Notes under the pieces: generated by a model
The model's input: only the letters and a program-made list of their open reading frames with translations
What the model was told of the DNA's origin: nothing
The model's database searches: none
Assembly (NCBI GenBank): GCA_965153285.1
Contig: OZ229117.1
DNA: 64,000 nt
DNA from: Podarcis tiliguerta
Lineage: Eukaryota
Strand: one strand, 5' to 3'
Translations under genes and position numbers: made by a program
Shown here: piece by piece, positions 51,489-63,296 of the stretch
How positions within the stretch are numbered: position 1 is the first letter of the stretch
Layout: every line of letters begins with the position of its first letter

Positions 51489-52048
51489 AAGGGACGCAGG
51501 TGGTGCTGTGGTCTAAACCACTGAGCCTAGGGCTTGCCAATCAAAAGTTCAGTGGTTCAAATCCCTGTGATGGGGTGAGCTCCCGTTGCTCGGTCCCTGC
51601 TCCTGCCAACCTAGCAGTTCGAAAGCACGTCAAGTGCAAGTAGATAAATAGGTACCGCTCCGACGGGAAGGTAAACAGCATTTTCGGGTGCTGCTCTGGT
51701 TAGCTAGAAGCGGCTTAGTCATGCTGGTCACATGACTTGGAAGCTGTCTGCAGACATACGCTGGCTCCCTTGGCCTGTAAAGCGAGATGAGCACCGCAAC
51801 CCCAGAGCATAGCTGTCAACTTTCAGATTTGAAAATAAGGGATTAGCAGCCTCAAAAATAAGGGATCAACAGCCTCATCTGTCCCAGGGACAGTCTAGGG
51901 GATACCTAACAATCCGGGATAGCAGTGGGAAGCAGTGGGAAATGGCGCTGGAATAAGGGAATTTCCCGCAAAAAAAGGGAAGGTTGACAGCTATGCCCCA
52001 GAGTCGTCTGCAACTGGCCTTAATGGTCAGGGGTCCCTTTACCTTTAC
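51489..52048 (+). mobile_element. Sauria SINE (interrupted by a MITE)
   Basis: tRNA-like head with A/B boxes (GGTGCTGTGG; GGTTCAAATCC), Sauria core (ctagcagttcgaaagcacgtcaagtgcaagtagataaataggtacc), (ACCTTT)n tail, near-perfect 11-bp TSD ttatgttcaca/ttatgtttaca. Confidence 0.88.
51808..51995. mobile_element. 188-bp MITE with P-element-like termini nested in the Sauria SINE
   Basis: Perfect 13-bp TIR CATAGCTGTCAAC/GTTGACAGCTATG and perfect 8-bp TSD CCCCAGAG (51800-51807, 51996-52003). Confidence 0.88.
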
Positions 52049-52763
52049 TTATGTTTACAGCTATAGTTGTTCTGAAAGGAGCAGCATCCCATGAAGTTCC
52101 TCATTCCAAGTATGTTTTCCGCAACCTTACAATCCAGTTCTTCACATTTTTTTCAAGTTTCTCATCAGAGTCCTGTTAAGCACTCAACCCTTTCCTGATG
52201 GCTGAAAAGTTCCAGAGGCAACACTTCAGGGCTTCCTTTCCTTTACATGCAAAGCCGTGGTTGTATCTTTGATATTTGCTTTATTTATAGCTATGCAAAC
52301 AGAGCTTACTGGAAGCAGATCAACACCAGGTTAGCCAATCCACTTGCCCTGCGTCAGAGATCTGCACCGAAAGCTTGACCTTCAGGCTTCAGCCAACTCC
52401 CAGCTCCAAACGCTTTCTTGGTCTCACTCTCCTAACTGGCTCCAAAGCAGAGTTTCTCTGCCCTGTTCCTCTTGGGAGAGGCAGGCACGTCACAGGCCAC
52501 AGTCCAGTGCTGGAGAGGAATTCCCAACTATCCTGGGCTTGGTTATACCTCTGACCAAGATGGAGAAACTCAGAAGACCGCTTTGAGGGTATTTACAACA
52601 TTGCCTATGCTTATTTATTTGCCTCTTCATTTTCCAGTTCCTTTCATCCTTACAATTGGCTAAAACATTCCCGCCCTCTCCAGCTACAAAGTATATCAGA
52701 ACCTAATGAACAAAGACAGACAACCAATGTTAAATCCTCATTGCAATCAGGCTGTAAATGATA

Positions 52764-52774
52764 TAGTAGTAGTA

Positions 52775-52828
<54 letters not shown>
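52764..52828. repeat. (TAG)n(TAA)n compound microsatellite
   Basis: Direct reading. Confidence 0.9.
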
Positions 52829-53764
52829 TAGCTTCTTTTAGCCAAATGTTCTAAAAGGCTTTGGGTATTGGCTTTTCATTAGCCAATATATTTTAAAATG
52901 CTATATACGGCCACCAGTGCAGAAAAAAGTGTCCCTTGGTTATGTGAATCTTTTGCAACAGCTTTTCGGCCAGTGCTTTTCCCCAAATTTTGTTGTGCCA
53001 TTTTGGAATACTCATACTTAAAATATTCCCTAAACCAGCAGATCCCTGCAGGTATCAGAATAATTTTAATAAAGAAGTTATTTTAATAAAGGTTACAACT
53101 CCTGTAACGATGTTGAGCAATACTAACTCTGGAGTTTCAACAACAACCCCCCCCCCGCCCCCAGTAAAGTTTGATAGTTCTTTGAAAATGAAACCCTACC
53201 ATTGTAAAGAAACCCTCAGCCTCTCCAACATGGTATTGTCCTTAGATGCATTAATGCATGGGATTCTCAGAGCAAGATACCGTATTTGCAAGCTTTTCAA
53301 TATCATTTCTCTGTACTTTGAGGTTGACTTATGGGAGAAGTTGTGCCCTTCTGCAGTGTCTGTTAATTTGGGGGTTCATACCGGCCTCTCTCCACCTTTA
53401 GCCACCACTTTTCTGTCAGCACATTTGGGGAATTTTCAGCTCAGAGCAACTGAAAGCCATTACCCAAGAGTCATCAGCATTCATCTTGAGGTCTGCTGTT
53501 GATGCTAAGTCAGGAGTGACAGTGAAGGACATCTGATTTCACATTGATGTTGTGGGTGGAATGCAAATATTTGTACCATCTGTGTACATTTGCTCTTGCA
53601 ACAAGCTTACTCTGAAACCTCCTTTAGTAGGTGAGATATGTCAGACCGCCAACATTTTCAGCTTATAAAGTTTCGTATGGGTTTTAATTTTTGTATTTAT
53701 TGCAAATCACATTGAGTTTATTTTCTGAAAAAAGTGAATAATAAAAGCAGTAAAAGAATATTAA

Positions 53765-53767
<3 letters not shown>

Positions 53768-53802
<35 letters not shown>

Positions 53803-53803
53803 T
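53768..53803. repeat. (TAT)n microsatellite
   Basis: Direct reading. Confidence 0.9.
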
Positions 53804-55214
53804 AGGTTGTCCTTTCATTAAAATCACTATTGATTATTTTCATGGGCTTCTCACATCTTGAGTCCTTTCTGCTAATTGAAAGTTATATAAGCACCCTGTT
53901 TTGAAACTATGTAAGTTGAAGCGTTTGTTTAGGACAGAGATGTGGCCCTCCAGATTTTGTTGGACTAGGACTATGTGTTATGAATTGACACATTAAAAGG
54001 AGGATTTGCAGGCCAATTTTAGAGCCAACAAACCATCGAAAAAGAAAAAAAAGCATTGGATTTGCTCTAGTTACAGTGTATTCTCCAATGTTTGGAAGGA
54101 AGTTTTAGTTGATGACATCATGATGGGCTTTGCACCCCACAAGAGCTGCCCAAGGGGTTTTGAAGACCACCTGCTGTTGGCTAGTGTGTCAAGCAGGGTG
54201 CAGGACTCGATGGGCCTTTGATCTGATCCAGCTGCAGGGCTCTTCTTACAGTCTTAAATAGAAAGTAGGGACCGAAAGTGGGGGAGCACATTACAAACAT
54301 GACTGAGCACAGAATCATGTGGGTTTGTTCTTGCTAAGCTTCCAACATTCTTCCATCGTCATGGGAAAGTAAGAGAAACTCGTGGTTTTTCACTGGAGAT
54401 TTCCACTTGCATCTTAAATTAATTGTTCTGCCAATTCAGAAAGAGCCATTTGGCTTTCGGGCAATGCATTTGTTAATGATTTCACTGCCTTTTTCATTAG
54501 CTACTTTTGCATTAGCAGCTGGAGGCATTTGTCCTTACAGCTTCCAGAATTATTTTCTTAACAGTAAGAAAGAGGATGTGGCTTATAGGAGAGCCCTTTG
54601 TTAGAATCACGATCCCCAAAATTGCAGGCAATAAGCTTCAGACAGCAGTGCTAGGTAGAAGCACCTTGTTTAGCAGAACATGTTTCACCCTTAAGCCGTC
54701 TTCCTCACAGGCAAAAGCTTTCCTTGTGACTTATGCTGGTATACCCAGTTAAAACAGCTTATTCAAGTTTCCAGAGATTCTGTCTTCATGTGGTAAACTG
54801 CACGTGCAAATACAAGATTGCTGCCTGACTCTTTGGCTTCCTGTCTCTCGCACGCTCAGTATGACATTGAGGGTCATGATATTGTCTCATGTCTCTTGAA
54901 ATCAGAGGCAGGGCTTTTAAGGAGAATTTTGAGCAGCACAGCAGTAGAATGATTGCAGTGTTTGTGCCTCACACATGCCACAACAACACACCTGTGCATT
55001 TTGCATGTGTGTGTACAACATACTCTTTCTCAGAGCCACTGTTTATGACATACAGAAGACATCACTGAACAGCAGAACTGGGATTTGACAGCACTAATGC
55101 AGAAGCGTCTTGCGTTCAAGCTGGACACAGCAGGTGTCATGAACTCTAAGGAAACTTCATTTGGAGTCAAAGCTATAAGAAGAATGAAGAGCAAGAGAAT
55201 GGACAATCCAGATG

Positions 55215-55215
<1 letters not shown>

Positions 55216-55247
<32 letters not shown>
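55216..55247. repeat. (CA)n microsatellite
   Basis: Direct reading. Confidence 0.9.
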
Positions 55248-55249
<2 letters not shown>

Positions 55250-55377
55250 CTCAGCATCCCTGTTTATATATATTTTGGCATCACCACCCTCACTGTATCA
55301 TGGACAACTTCACACAACTTATCAGGAAAGCAGTCCCCATGCAGAATTATTTCATGAATATTGGAAACATTGGTGAA

Positions 55378-55446
55378 CACACTGTGGAAAGTCCATTGCT
55401 GGATCAAACACTGTGGAAAGTCTATTGCTGGACCAAACACTTTGGA
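55378..55446. repeat. ~29-bp tandem repeat, about 2.4 copies
   Basis: acactgtggaaagtccattgctggatcaa / acactgtggaaagtctattgctggaccaa / acactttgga. Confidence 0.75.
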
Positions 55447-57225
55447 GGGCCCTAGGCAGTCGAAATCTCCCTTGCAAATTATTTCCTAAGAAAGCTTGAT
55501 TATAATTTTTTTCCAATATCAAATCAATATTATTTTGAACTGGTGTTGCAGGGCCCCTCGGCCGGTGTCCACTCTGCTTATTTGGTAATCTGGCACTGGA
55601 AAAGTAGCAGTGTAGTCTGTGGAGAATGTCTTTGGCATGGGGAGGAAAAGGAGGACTGCTTGACCAGGGTTTAGGGTCCCAGGGAATACTGGAAGACACA
55701 CATCTCACATTATCCTCCATCACTTCCTTTTTCCTCAGCTAACATTATACGTGTTTTGTAGAGCTCAGATTTTGAACTGCACAAATGTTTCCCTTTCTAA
55801 TTGTGCCTGGCCCTGGATCTGCCTGCTTTGGGTCTGGCTGGTGGACACAGCAGCTTCCTAGTCATTCCTCCTAAACCCATCCTAAACTCTGCTTGAAGGG
55901 CAAAGCCTAAGGTTTACAACATAACCTGTCCTCCTGCTCCTCCTAAGCTACCCTGCTTCCCACCAGTTCTGTGTTAAAGCAAAACTGAACTGCCAGCCCA
56001 GTTAGCTTTTGCATAGAATTGTTTCGAGGGTGGGTGGGTAAGTGGGCTCTTGCCCTTACATGCTCAGTAGCCATTTGCTCCCATCCAAGCTAACACTGCT
56101 CAGTGGTTGCTGAACTCCTTGCAACTTCCCTACTGATACTGTCAACCGTTCGGCTTCACACCCACCCACCCAATTCAGCTCTCCTCCAGATATAGCTTGG
56201 GGTGATGATGATGATGCCATAGCAGAGGCACCAGGAGCGTCCCAGTCTTCCTAGCTGCTTCCTGAAGTCACGTCTCAAGTGGGCACAGCTGCACCGCTGC
56301 TAGGCCAGGAAGCCAGGGCAGGAGCCAAGCGTCTGCGACTGAAGCTCATTTCTCCTGACCTCTGGGTTAATGAATGCACACAGAGGCAACAGAGGGAAGC
56401 CTGTTCTCGAGGTGGACAAAGAGAAGCGGCCACTGGCAGCTGCCGGGGTAGTGTTTATTATGCAGCAACTGAACACAAGTGGTAGAGGCGGCACGTATAA
56501 AACTTGTCGGCAGAAGACAGGAGCCAACCAGGGTGTGGTGTGTGCACAGCACAGGGGAGCAAGGTGCAACCTGGCACCTGTTGCCTTAGTGGCTTTTGTG
56601 TGTGCGGAGCAAAAGCCACCAGCGAGAGCCATCAGGGATTGCTACCTAAGAGGACCCCAAACCAAGGCCTTCTCTACAGCAGGAAGATGCAGACCAAAGT
56701 GCCCCTGGTCTATGTGTGTGGAAGAACCTGCTGCCTTTTCAACAAGAAAGTGCATGTAGGGCAAGCATGCTTTGTTATTTTTATTATTAGATTTATTGCT
56801 ACCCCTTCACCAGCAGGTCCCAGGGCAGGTGATTTAAAATTGAAACCAGCTAAAACAGATTACAGTCCCAGGAATAGTGTGGTTCCCCAAAAGACCTATC
56901 TCAGGCACCAGAACCCAGACATCCACCCCATTCTTAGCCATCAGCATCACTGGTGGCTTTGCGGGAGACACACAAGGTGGGTGTGGAAGAGAATATTCCC
57001 TTTGGCATTATAATCTCCACAAAATGATTAACGCACAACAGATACCTAACTAAAATGGCAATTCTGGGAACAAAATGGGAAAACCCAGAGCTACAGGCAG
57101 ACATTATCCTATCGAAAACACAGCTTTTAAAAAGAAATAGACGCCACAGAAAATTGCTGAAAGCGCACTTGGAGGCAAAATGAGTTCCACGCTTCAAAAC
57201 CTAAAGGTCAGCACAAATGTTGTGG

Positions 57226-57231
57226 TTTATT
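57226..57231 (-). terminator. Probable MMP15 polyadenylation signal (3'UTR ~3.1 kb)
   Basis: AATAAA on the minus strand (gccAATAAAccac), followed by a GT/T-rich tract (atttgtgctgacctttaggttttg). Confidence 0.55.
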
Positions 57232-60200
57232 GGCAAGCTGTGAAGGTTTCATTTTTTTTGGTAGTTCTGAGCATTGAAAATTAATTGGCTTTTCAGTCTT
57301 TGCACTTAGGAGATGCACCAATATATTCGGCCCATCGAAGGCACGCTCCGAGAACAGCAGGCTGGCCCTCATCCCCACAGCAAAGCTGGGGTTTCATTTT
57401 CTCTTGCTGTTTTAAAGTTTCGGGGTTCAACCGTGTCTGAAGTTCTACTTGTGACCTGGTGCCCCCCTTTTCTTCTTCTTCTTTTTTTTGCACATGACTC
57501 TGCTTTGCTCCCATCAATGTAAAAGCAGGAGACAGCTTGTTGTGGTTTTAGAATGGAGGGGGAAGAGAAAGTCGGTTTGGATGAAGGGCAGGGCTGGGGG
57601 AGACTGCTTGGGTTCAGGCCACAACCCCCACCCCACTACCACAGAGATGTCAACACTCACAGCAGCAAGTTTTACACCAGTGTATGCACAAAATTAGGCT
57701 CATTTTGCCAAGTCAGTCAACCTAGATATTGGATGACTTCTGCAACAACAATAGAGGAAGAGGGAAGAGTTGGAGCCAGGACCCAAAGGGAGGACCAGGA
57801 GGAAAGAAGCAGATGCTGCCAGGCCTGGCCTGAACACGAGAACCTGGGTGCTCTTAAGAAAGGCAAAATGGTGTGTCTTTTAAACAACAACTATTTGATG
57901 TGTTCTGGAGCTCACTTTTCTGGAAATAACATATTCAGGACAAATTGAGCTAGGCTTGAGCAAGGGGCTGAAGAGGGTCTCTCCAAGTAGGGGTGGTTTT
58001 GCTTTCTTCATGCAGACAGCCAGGTTTATATGTGGACTCCCACCCACCCACAACCCCCCCCCCCAAAAAAATTATGTGCAATTGCTTACGCTGCATCATT
58101 AATTCTGCTTCCAAAGCTCCAGGTTTTCAAAAATACATGTAATTATTATTAACGAGAGAAATAGTGTAGAGATAAGAGGCTAAAGAGCCTATAGGAGGGC
58201 AGTGGGCAGGAACAGGGCCTGTGGGGAACTCCTAGGCATGGGGGGGGGGTTCCCTTTTCAGAATCAAGGAGATTGTGTTCCTGTCACTGTAGAGAAGACT
58301 GAGGAGGGCAATCATGTTTTAAATACAAATGAGAAAGGGAGCGGGGATGAGAGAGGATTCTCAGTCTGCTCAGCTTCAGAGATTCAGAGAACAGGAAGAC
58401 AAGCCACAATATGGTGCTAATTTCAAGCATAAAAATATTAATATCTGTGAAGCTGAGAGGAAAACACCTAGAGAAGCCTCAGAAAGGGAAAAGAGCCATT
58501 AAATTAGATCTCCAGTGATTAGGGAAGGGGTAGGGGGTTCTTTGCTCTTTGGTCCTCATTACCATTGACAGAAGCAGAATAAATGATCGTACAAGCAGGC
58601 CCGCTTAATTTGTATAACATGTACAGGTTATAGAATCCTTCCTATTTACAGTCCAAAGAAATGCACCCCAAAATGCTATGTGAAGGCACTTGGAAGTCAC
58701 AGAAATCTATGTAAATCAATGCAACTTTGCTTCTTTTGCCTGTTGCGACGCAAGGCGGTTGGTAGTTGGAGGCAGAAACTCTGAGGCAAGAGAGTGGCCA
58801 AAGAGGAAGGGGGGCAGGCTCCCCCTCAAATGTTGGCGCTGCCTGGAAGTGCATCTTGAGAGACCAAGGGAACTATAGCTGTGTTGCAAGGAGTGGTTGC
58901 AGAGTCTCTTTGGAGAGAACAAAACCTGTTAGGACAGCAGCCCTAGTGCCCAACTGATCTCAACATAAATCTCTCATGGCCTTGAGCCGAGTTCTGCAAC
59001 CCTGCATAGGTTTAGTAAGGCCATCCTCCTTGCACCTCCCACTTTCAGGAAAATGCACACTTGCGTAATTTCCGTGGCCAATTTTTCAGGTGAACTGCCT
59101 GTGCGAATGTCTCATGCACTCAGTTCACGCAAGGTGAGTGTACATCTCCACCTTCCTTGGGAGAGAGGATATATTCCATGGACAAACTGGTCCTCAGCCT
59201 TCCAAAGCCCAGGGGTTATCCTTACACCAGCTCAGGTCCCTCCTTTGAGGAGCTGAATCATCGCCTACTCCAAAGTGATACAGGGCAGCCTCAGAAATCA
59301 AGCCACATGGTCACTCCTCATTCACAGTTACAGCACAACACCCCCAACAGCCTCCAAGGCAGCCCAGGAACCCAAACCCCAGGGCTATGTCTGCATCAAG
59401 GCTATTCCGCCCAGCAGAGTCTGCTTCCAAGATATGCAGCAAAGACCAGGGCAATGGGAACAAAGAGAAGTAGGAAATGCGGGGGGAGAGGTAGGTAAGG
59501 AGCAGTAGTCACATAGTGGGAAGGAGACAGTCACACAGACATGCACACACACAGGGCACCCAAACAGTCCCTTCTCCAAATATTCCTGCGCAATCTCCTC
59601 ACAGCAGTAGTAGCTCTGGCAATTACAGTAGAAAAGTTTCCCACGTTTTGCTCTGCAAATGAAGAGGCAGGGTGGGACGGGAAGCACCTTTGAAAATAAA
59701 AGTCAAGGTTTTCAGGATGTCGGTTACTGAGCCCAAGGGAGAACACATCTGCAGCTATCCATGGGCACACCAACCTGTCCAGGGCAGCCCATTGGCTGGG
59801 GATGGGGGAGGACTCAGTAACTTGCCCTGGCAGGCAATGAAGTGTCTCTCCCACCCCCAAGGGGGCGGGGGGCATCAGGTCACAGTTTTTGGAGTACATG
59901 CACAGCAGGGGTGGCACAGACACAAAGTGGGGAAGCAGGACCCCCTCCTTCAGACCTTGCAAACAGGCCTGGACTGCCATGCGTGTATCAGGTAGACGAG
60001 GGGGGACGAGACCCACAGGTTAAGAGAAGGCCACATGCCGCACCCTTTCCAAAGGGCTGTCCGTCACTCGGGCAGGCCAATCAAACAGGGGAGGTCAGTC
60101 ACACACCTTCCACCTGCCCATGCCTGGGGGGAGGCGGGGTCTCCAAGGCTGAGGCACAAAGGTAGGGATGGGGGACCTTCCTGTGAAAAGACTCTGCTGG

Positions 60201-60372
60201 GAGCCGTGGTCCAGACGAGCCCAGAGACTTCAAGAGCTTCTCCTCCAGAGATGCCCGGGGGAAGACAAGGCAGTTTCCCCACCTGTCCTGTGCTCCAAAG
60301 CTCTTGATGGAGCTTGGAGGTGGTGCGGAAGCAGCAGCAGCAGCAGTAGCAGCAGCCAGGTCAGCTGTGGCT

Positions 60373-60893
60373 TCAGACCCAGTCCTGCAGGGAGCGCTTG
60401 CAATAGAGCAGCATGCGTGGGGTGCCCTTCCGCTGCAGCTGCACGATGACGTAGACGAGGCCCAGGATGCAGAGCAGGAGCAGGAGCAGCAGCGTCACCA
60501 TGATGATGCTCATGGTCAGGGGGTAATCGTTAATGTGCACCACGATGTCCACATCGCTGCCATGGCCAGGACCCTGCTCCCGGCCGCCTCCCACGCCATC
60601 ACTATAATCGTCCTCCGCTTCGGCTTCCTTGTCCTTCTCTGCAGGGTGAGTGTCCACGGCATTGTCTTCCTCATCCACCACCACCTCCTCTTCCTTGTCC
60701 TGCCCCGGGCCATCGGGGCGGGAGGGGGGCTTGCCCACATCGGGCCACCTGCGGCCGGGGTCGGGGTTTGTGGCCACCTCGTCGTGGCATCCCATGAAGT
60801 CCCGCAGGATCGACTTGGGGTACCCAGGTTCTGTTTTCAGCCGCTCATTGTCAAACTTCCAGTACATTCTGCCTTTGTAGAAGTAAGTGTAGG
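60373..60893 (-). CDS. MMP15: MMP15 last coding exon (hemopexin end, stalk, TM helix, cytoplasmic tail)
   Basis: tttccag|CC; YTYFYKGRMYWKFDNERLKTEPGYPKSILRDFMGC...MSIIMVTLLLLLLLCILGLVYVIVQLQRKGTPRMLLYCKRSLQDWV*. MT-MMP tail, and the synteny with CFAP20 indicates MMP15. Confidence 0.95.
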
Positions 60894-62602
60894 CTGGAAA
60901 ACAGGAGGTGGTAGGCACTGTTAGTTGGGGTCCCTTTCCACGGCTCACAGCTTTTTCACGTTCTCTTTTTGCCCAGGCTTTCTGTGACTCTTAAGATCTG
61001 CTTTATGTGTTTGCTTTTTCCAAATTCCTGCTTAATCCACTTTTATATTACTTTATATGTATTTATATTACTCTCTAACCGGTTTTGTTTTTGTGATATA
61101 TTGTTTATTTTTAGACCATAAAACCACCTAGAGATTTTTGAAATAATAAGTTGTATATAAAATGCTTTTAAATGAATGAAAGAAAAAATAAATAATGATA
61201 TTCTGGTGTATTCTTAGCTGCTTGTATCATTAAGCATTGGCTTCCACTGTTATGAATTATTTGAGGCCCTTTGCGAACTAAATCACCGTACCATTCCCCT
61301 GACTCTGGATTATCAATAAATATATTTAACCCTATTGGTCCTAATACAGATTCTTGCAGGACTGTACTGTTCAGTTAGCTCCATGGTGAAAAAAAACTAT
61401 TCATTCATTCCTCAGCAGAGCATTGCTGCTGTGATCATGCTTTACAATCCACGTGGGGGACATAATTCAAGCAGATGGGCCAGTAGCTCTCAAGAACTCC
61501 TTGGATCATTTTTAAGGAGCTGGCTTTACATTGACTCAGTTCACACCTCACAGTAAACCACAGTTAAATCATGGAGTGCAGTGGGTAGCTAATTCCCACT
61601 TAGGGGGCCTGATCTGTGCCCTCTCCCCAAGCAAATTTTTCTAGCTTCCCAAAACTCCCCGTTTGGGCAATGGCAGCAAAAAGAAATAAAAAGTAATTTA
61701 TTACTCAGGGTACACCTGAGAGGACCTGTTCTTTTCCTCCTCTCAGGTTACACAAAGAGGAAAGAAGCCGCCCCCCTGGCTTTGAACAAGGATCATGAGT
61801 TTTATTTCACGCCCAACAAACCACAGTCTGAAGCCGTTTTCTTCTTGGTTAACTGGCCATGGTTTCTCGGGAGCAGAACAAACCACAATCCCTAATTGAA
61901 ACATGATGTGAAGCCGGCGATGGTGCCTCGTTCCCTGCTCTGCGTGAGAGTAAGGAGGAGTGAAAGGCTCCTTCAGAGGCACAACTTGCTGGGTGACCTG
62001 CAAATAGGGCTATCAACTATCCTCCCGTGGAGTAAGGAAGCAGACTTCAACAAGCTGCATATTGTTGCTACAAGACTGGCATTTCCACATTTGAATGCCA
62101 ACTTGCTAGCTTTTAGTTTAGCGGGTAGCTCTGAAAAGTTCTTTTATTTTAACAACGTTTATATACTCCTTGATTGTACGCAAACCTGAAAGTGGTTTAC
62201 AAAAAAAGTTATTTTGCAGATCTCTTTCTTCTCCCCCCCTTCCTCACAAAGGGTTTAGATGTGGGTCTCTTTCCAGCATCATCTTCAGTGTAGATGGAAG
62301 AACAAGCTTTGCTCTTTCCTGTAACATCTAATGCAAGGATAGCAAATCTGTAAAGGGGACCACAATTCCCATCATCACCAGTTCCCAACATGCTCACTGG
62401 AGCTGATGGGAATTGTAGTCCCCGATGTCCTGTGACCTAATGCCCGTCTTTATCCTCTCTGGTTTCCTGCTTCCAACAGCGCTAACGAAATATTTATTAT
62501 TAGCGTTCATAACTTTAGCAACCTGCTCCTCAAGCTGCTACTTTGCTCACTATACCGAGAGTCCACATTTGTCTTGCCAGGTCAGGGTCCTTTTCTACTT
62601 AC

Positions 62603-62718
62603 TGGCATCAGAACTTAAGAAGGCTCCCTTGGGGGCATGAGGGATTCCAGCCCATACGCTGATCTTCCTTGGGTATCCTGGATCCACAGAATGGCTCTCC
62701 TCATCAAAACGCCAGTAC
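62603..62718 (-). CDS. MMP15: MMP15 penultimate exon
   Basis: gctag|G..A|gtaagt; YWRFDEESHSVDPGYPRKISVWAGIPHAPKGAFLSSDA; 116 nt; phases match both neighbours. Confidence 0.94.
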
Positions 62719-62722
62719 CTAG

Positions 62723-62795
62723 CATCATAGAGTCATAGAGTTGGATCCCCAAGGAGCATCTAGTCCAACCCCCCCCCCCCGCACAATGCAGGAAT
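62723..62795 (-). mobile_element. CR1 3'-terminal fragment abutting an MMP15 splice acceptor
   Basis: Minus strand ATTCCTGCATTG..GGGGTTGGACTAGATG..TCCAACTCTATGACTCTATGA, a CR1 3' end with an (ATTCTRTG)-like tail. Confidence 0.7.
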
Positions 62796-63145
62796 GTGAA
62801 TCACTGTCCCTTCTTTCACCATTCACACTCCAAACTTCTTTATCAAACTCTAAGTGCTAGCCTTAAAGGGCAGGGGGAAAACATCGTCCCTGAATTGGGG
62901 ACCTCTTTACAAACCCTGCCCACACCTTTGGTAAACGCCTCAGCCCCTGGGAAGGTTAGGAGGCAAAAATCTCGGGATTCTCCAGCCATCTGAAGATCCT
63001 GCCACCAAGTGCTATTAGAAAAACTCACCAAGAATGCCTCCCTTGTTCTCTTATAATGACAATGGTGCTGGGCTGAGAGGTGCCGGAACTGAGTTCTGGC
63101 TGGAAAAAAAGACCTGCTGCCGCCTTTCACACGCCAGCTACCCAC

Positions 63146-63296
63146 CTGTCCCCTCTGAAGAAGAAGGTGTGCCCTGTAGGCTCCCACCAGATGGCTGCGT
63201 CCATCTTGTCGTAAGGAATGCCCTGTCCGTAGCTGGTCAGGGGTTGTGGGTAACCCGCTTCCAAATTTGCCTCACGGAAAAGCCAGTACTGATCCC
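63146..63296 (-). CDS. MMP15: MMP15 (MT2-MMP) hemopexin exon, third from last
   Basis: ctccag|GG..AG|gtgggt; DQYWLFREANLEAGYPQPLTSYGQGIPYDKMDAAIWWEPTGHTFFFRGDR; 151 nt. Confidence 0.95.

Noticed and set aside
55378-55446. 29-bp direct repeats resembling a CRISPR array
   Set aside because: The units are directly adjacent with no spacers, and the context is a vertebrate genome. This is a simple tandem duplication.
46000-57200. Numerous 60-170 aa ORFs between CFAP20 and the MMP15 3' end (e.g. 52990-53502, 56370-56759, 56504-57013)
   Set aside because: No recognisable domains, no consistent exon chain with splice sites, and interspersed with repeats. Treated as intergenic.
60304-60924. 206-aa plus-strand ORF
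   Set aside because: Antisense shadow of the MMP15 last coding exon.
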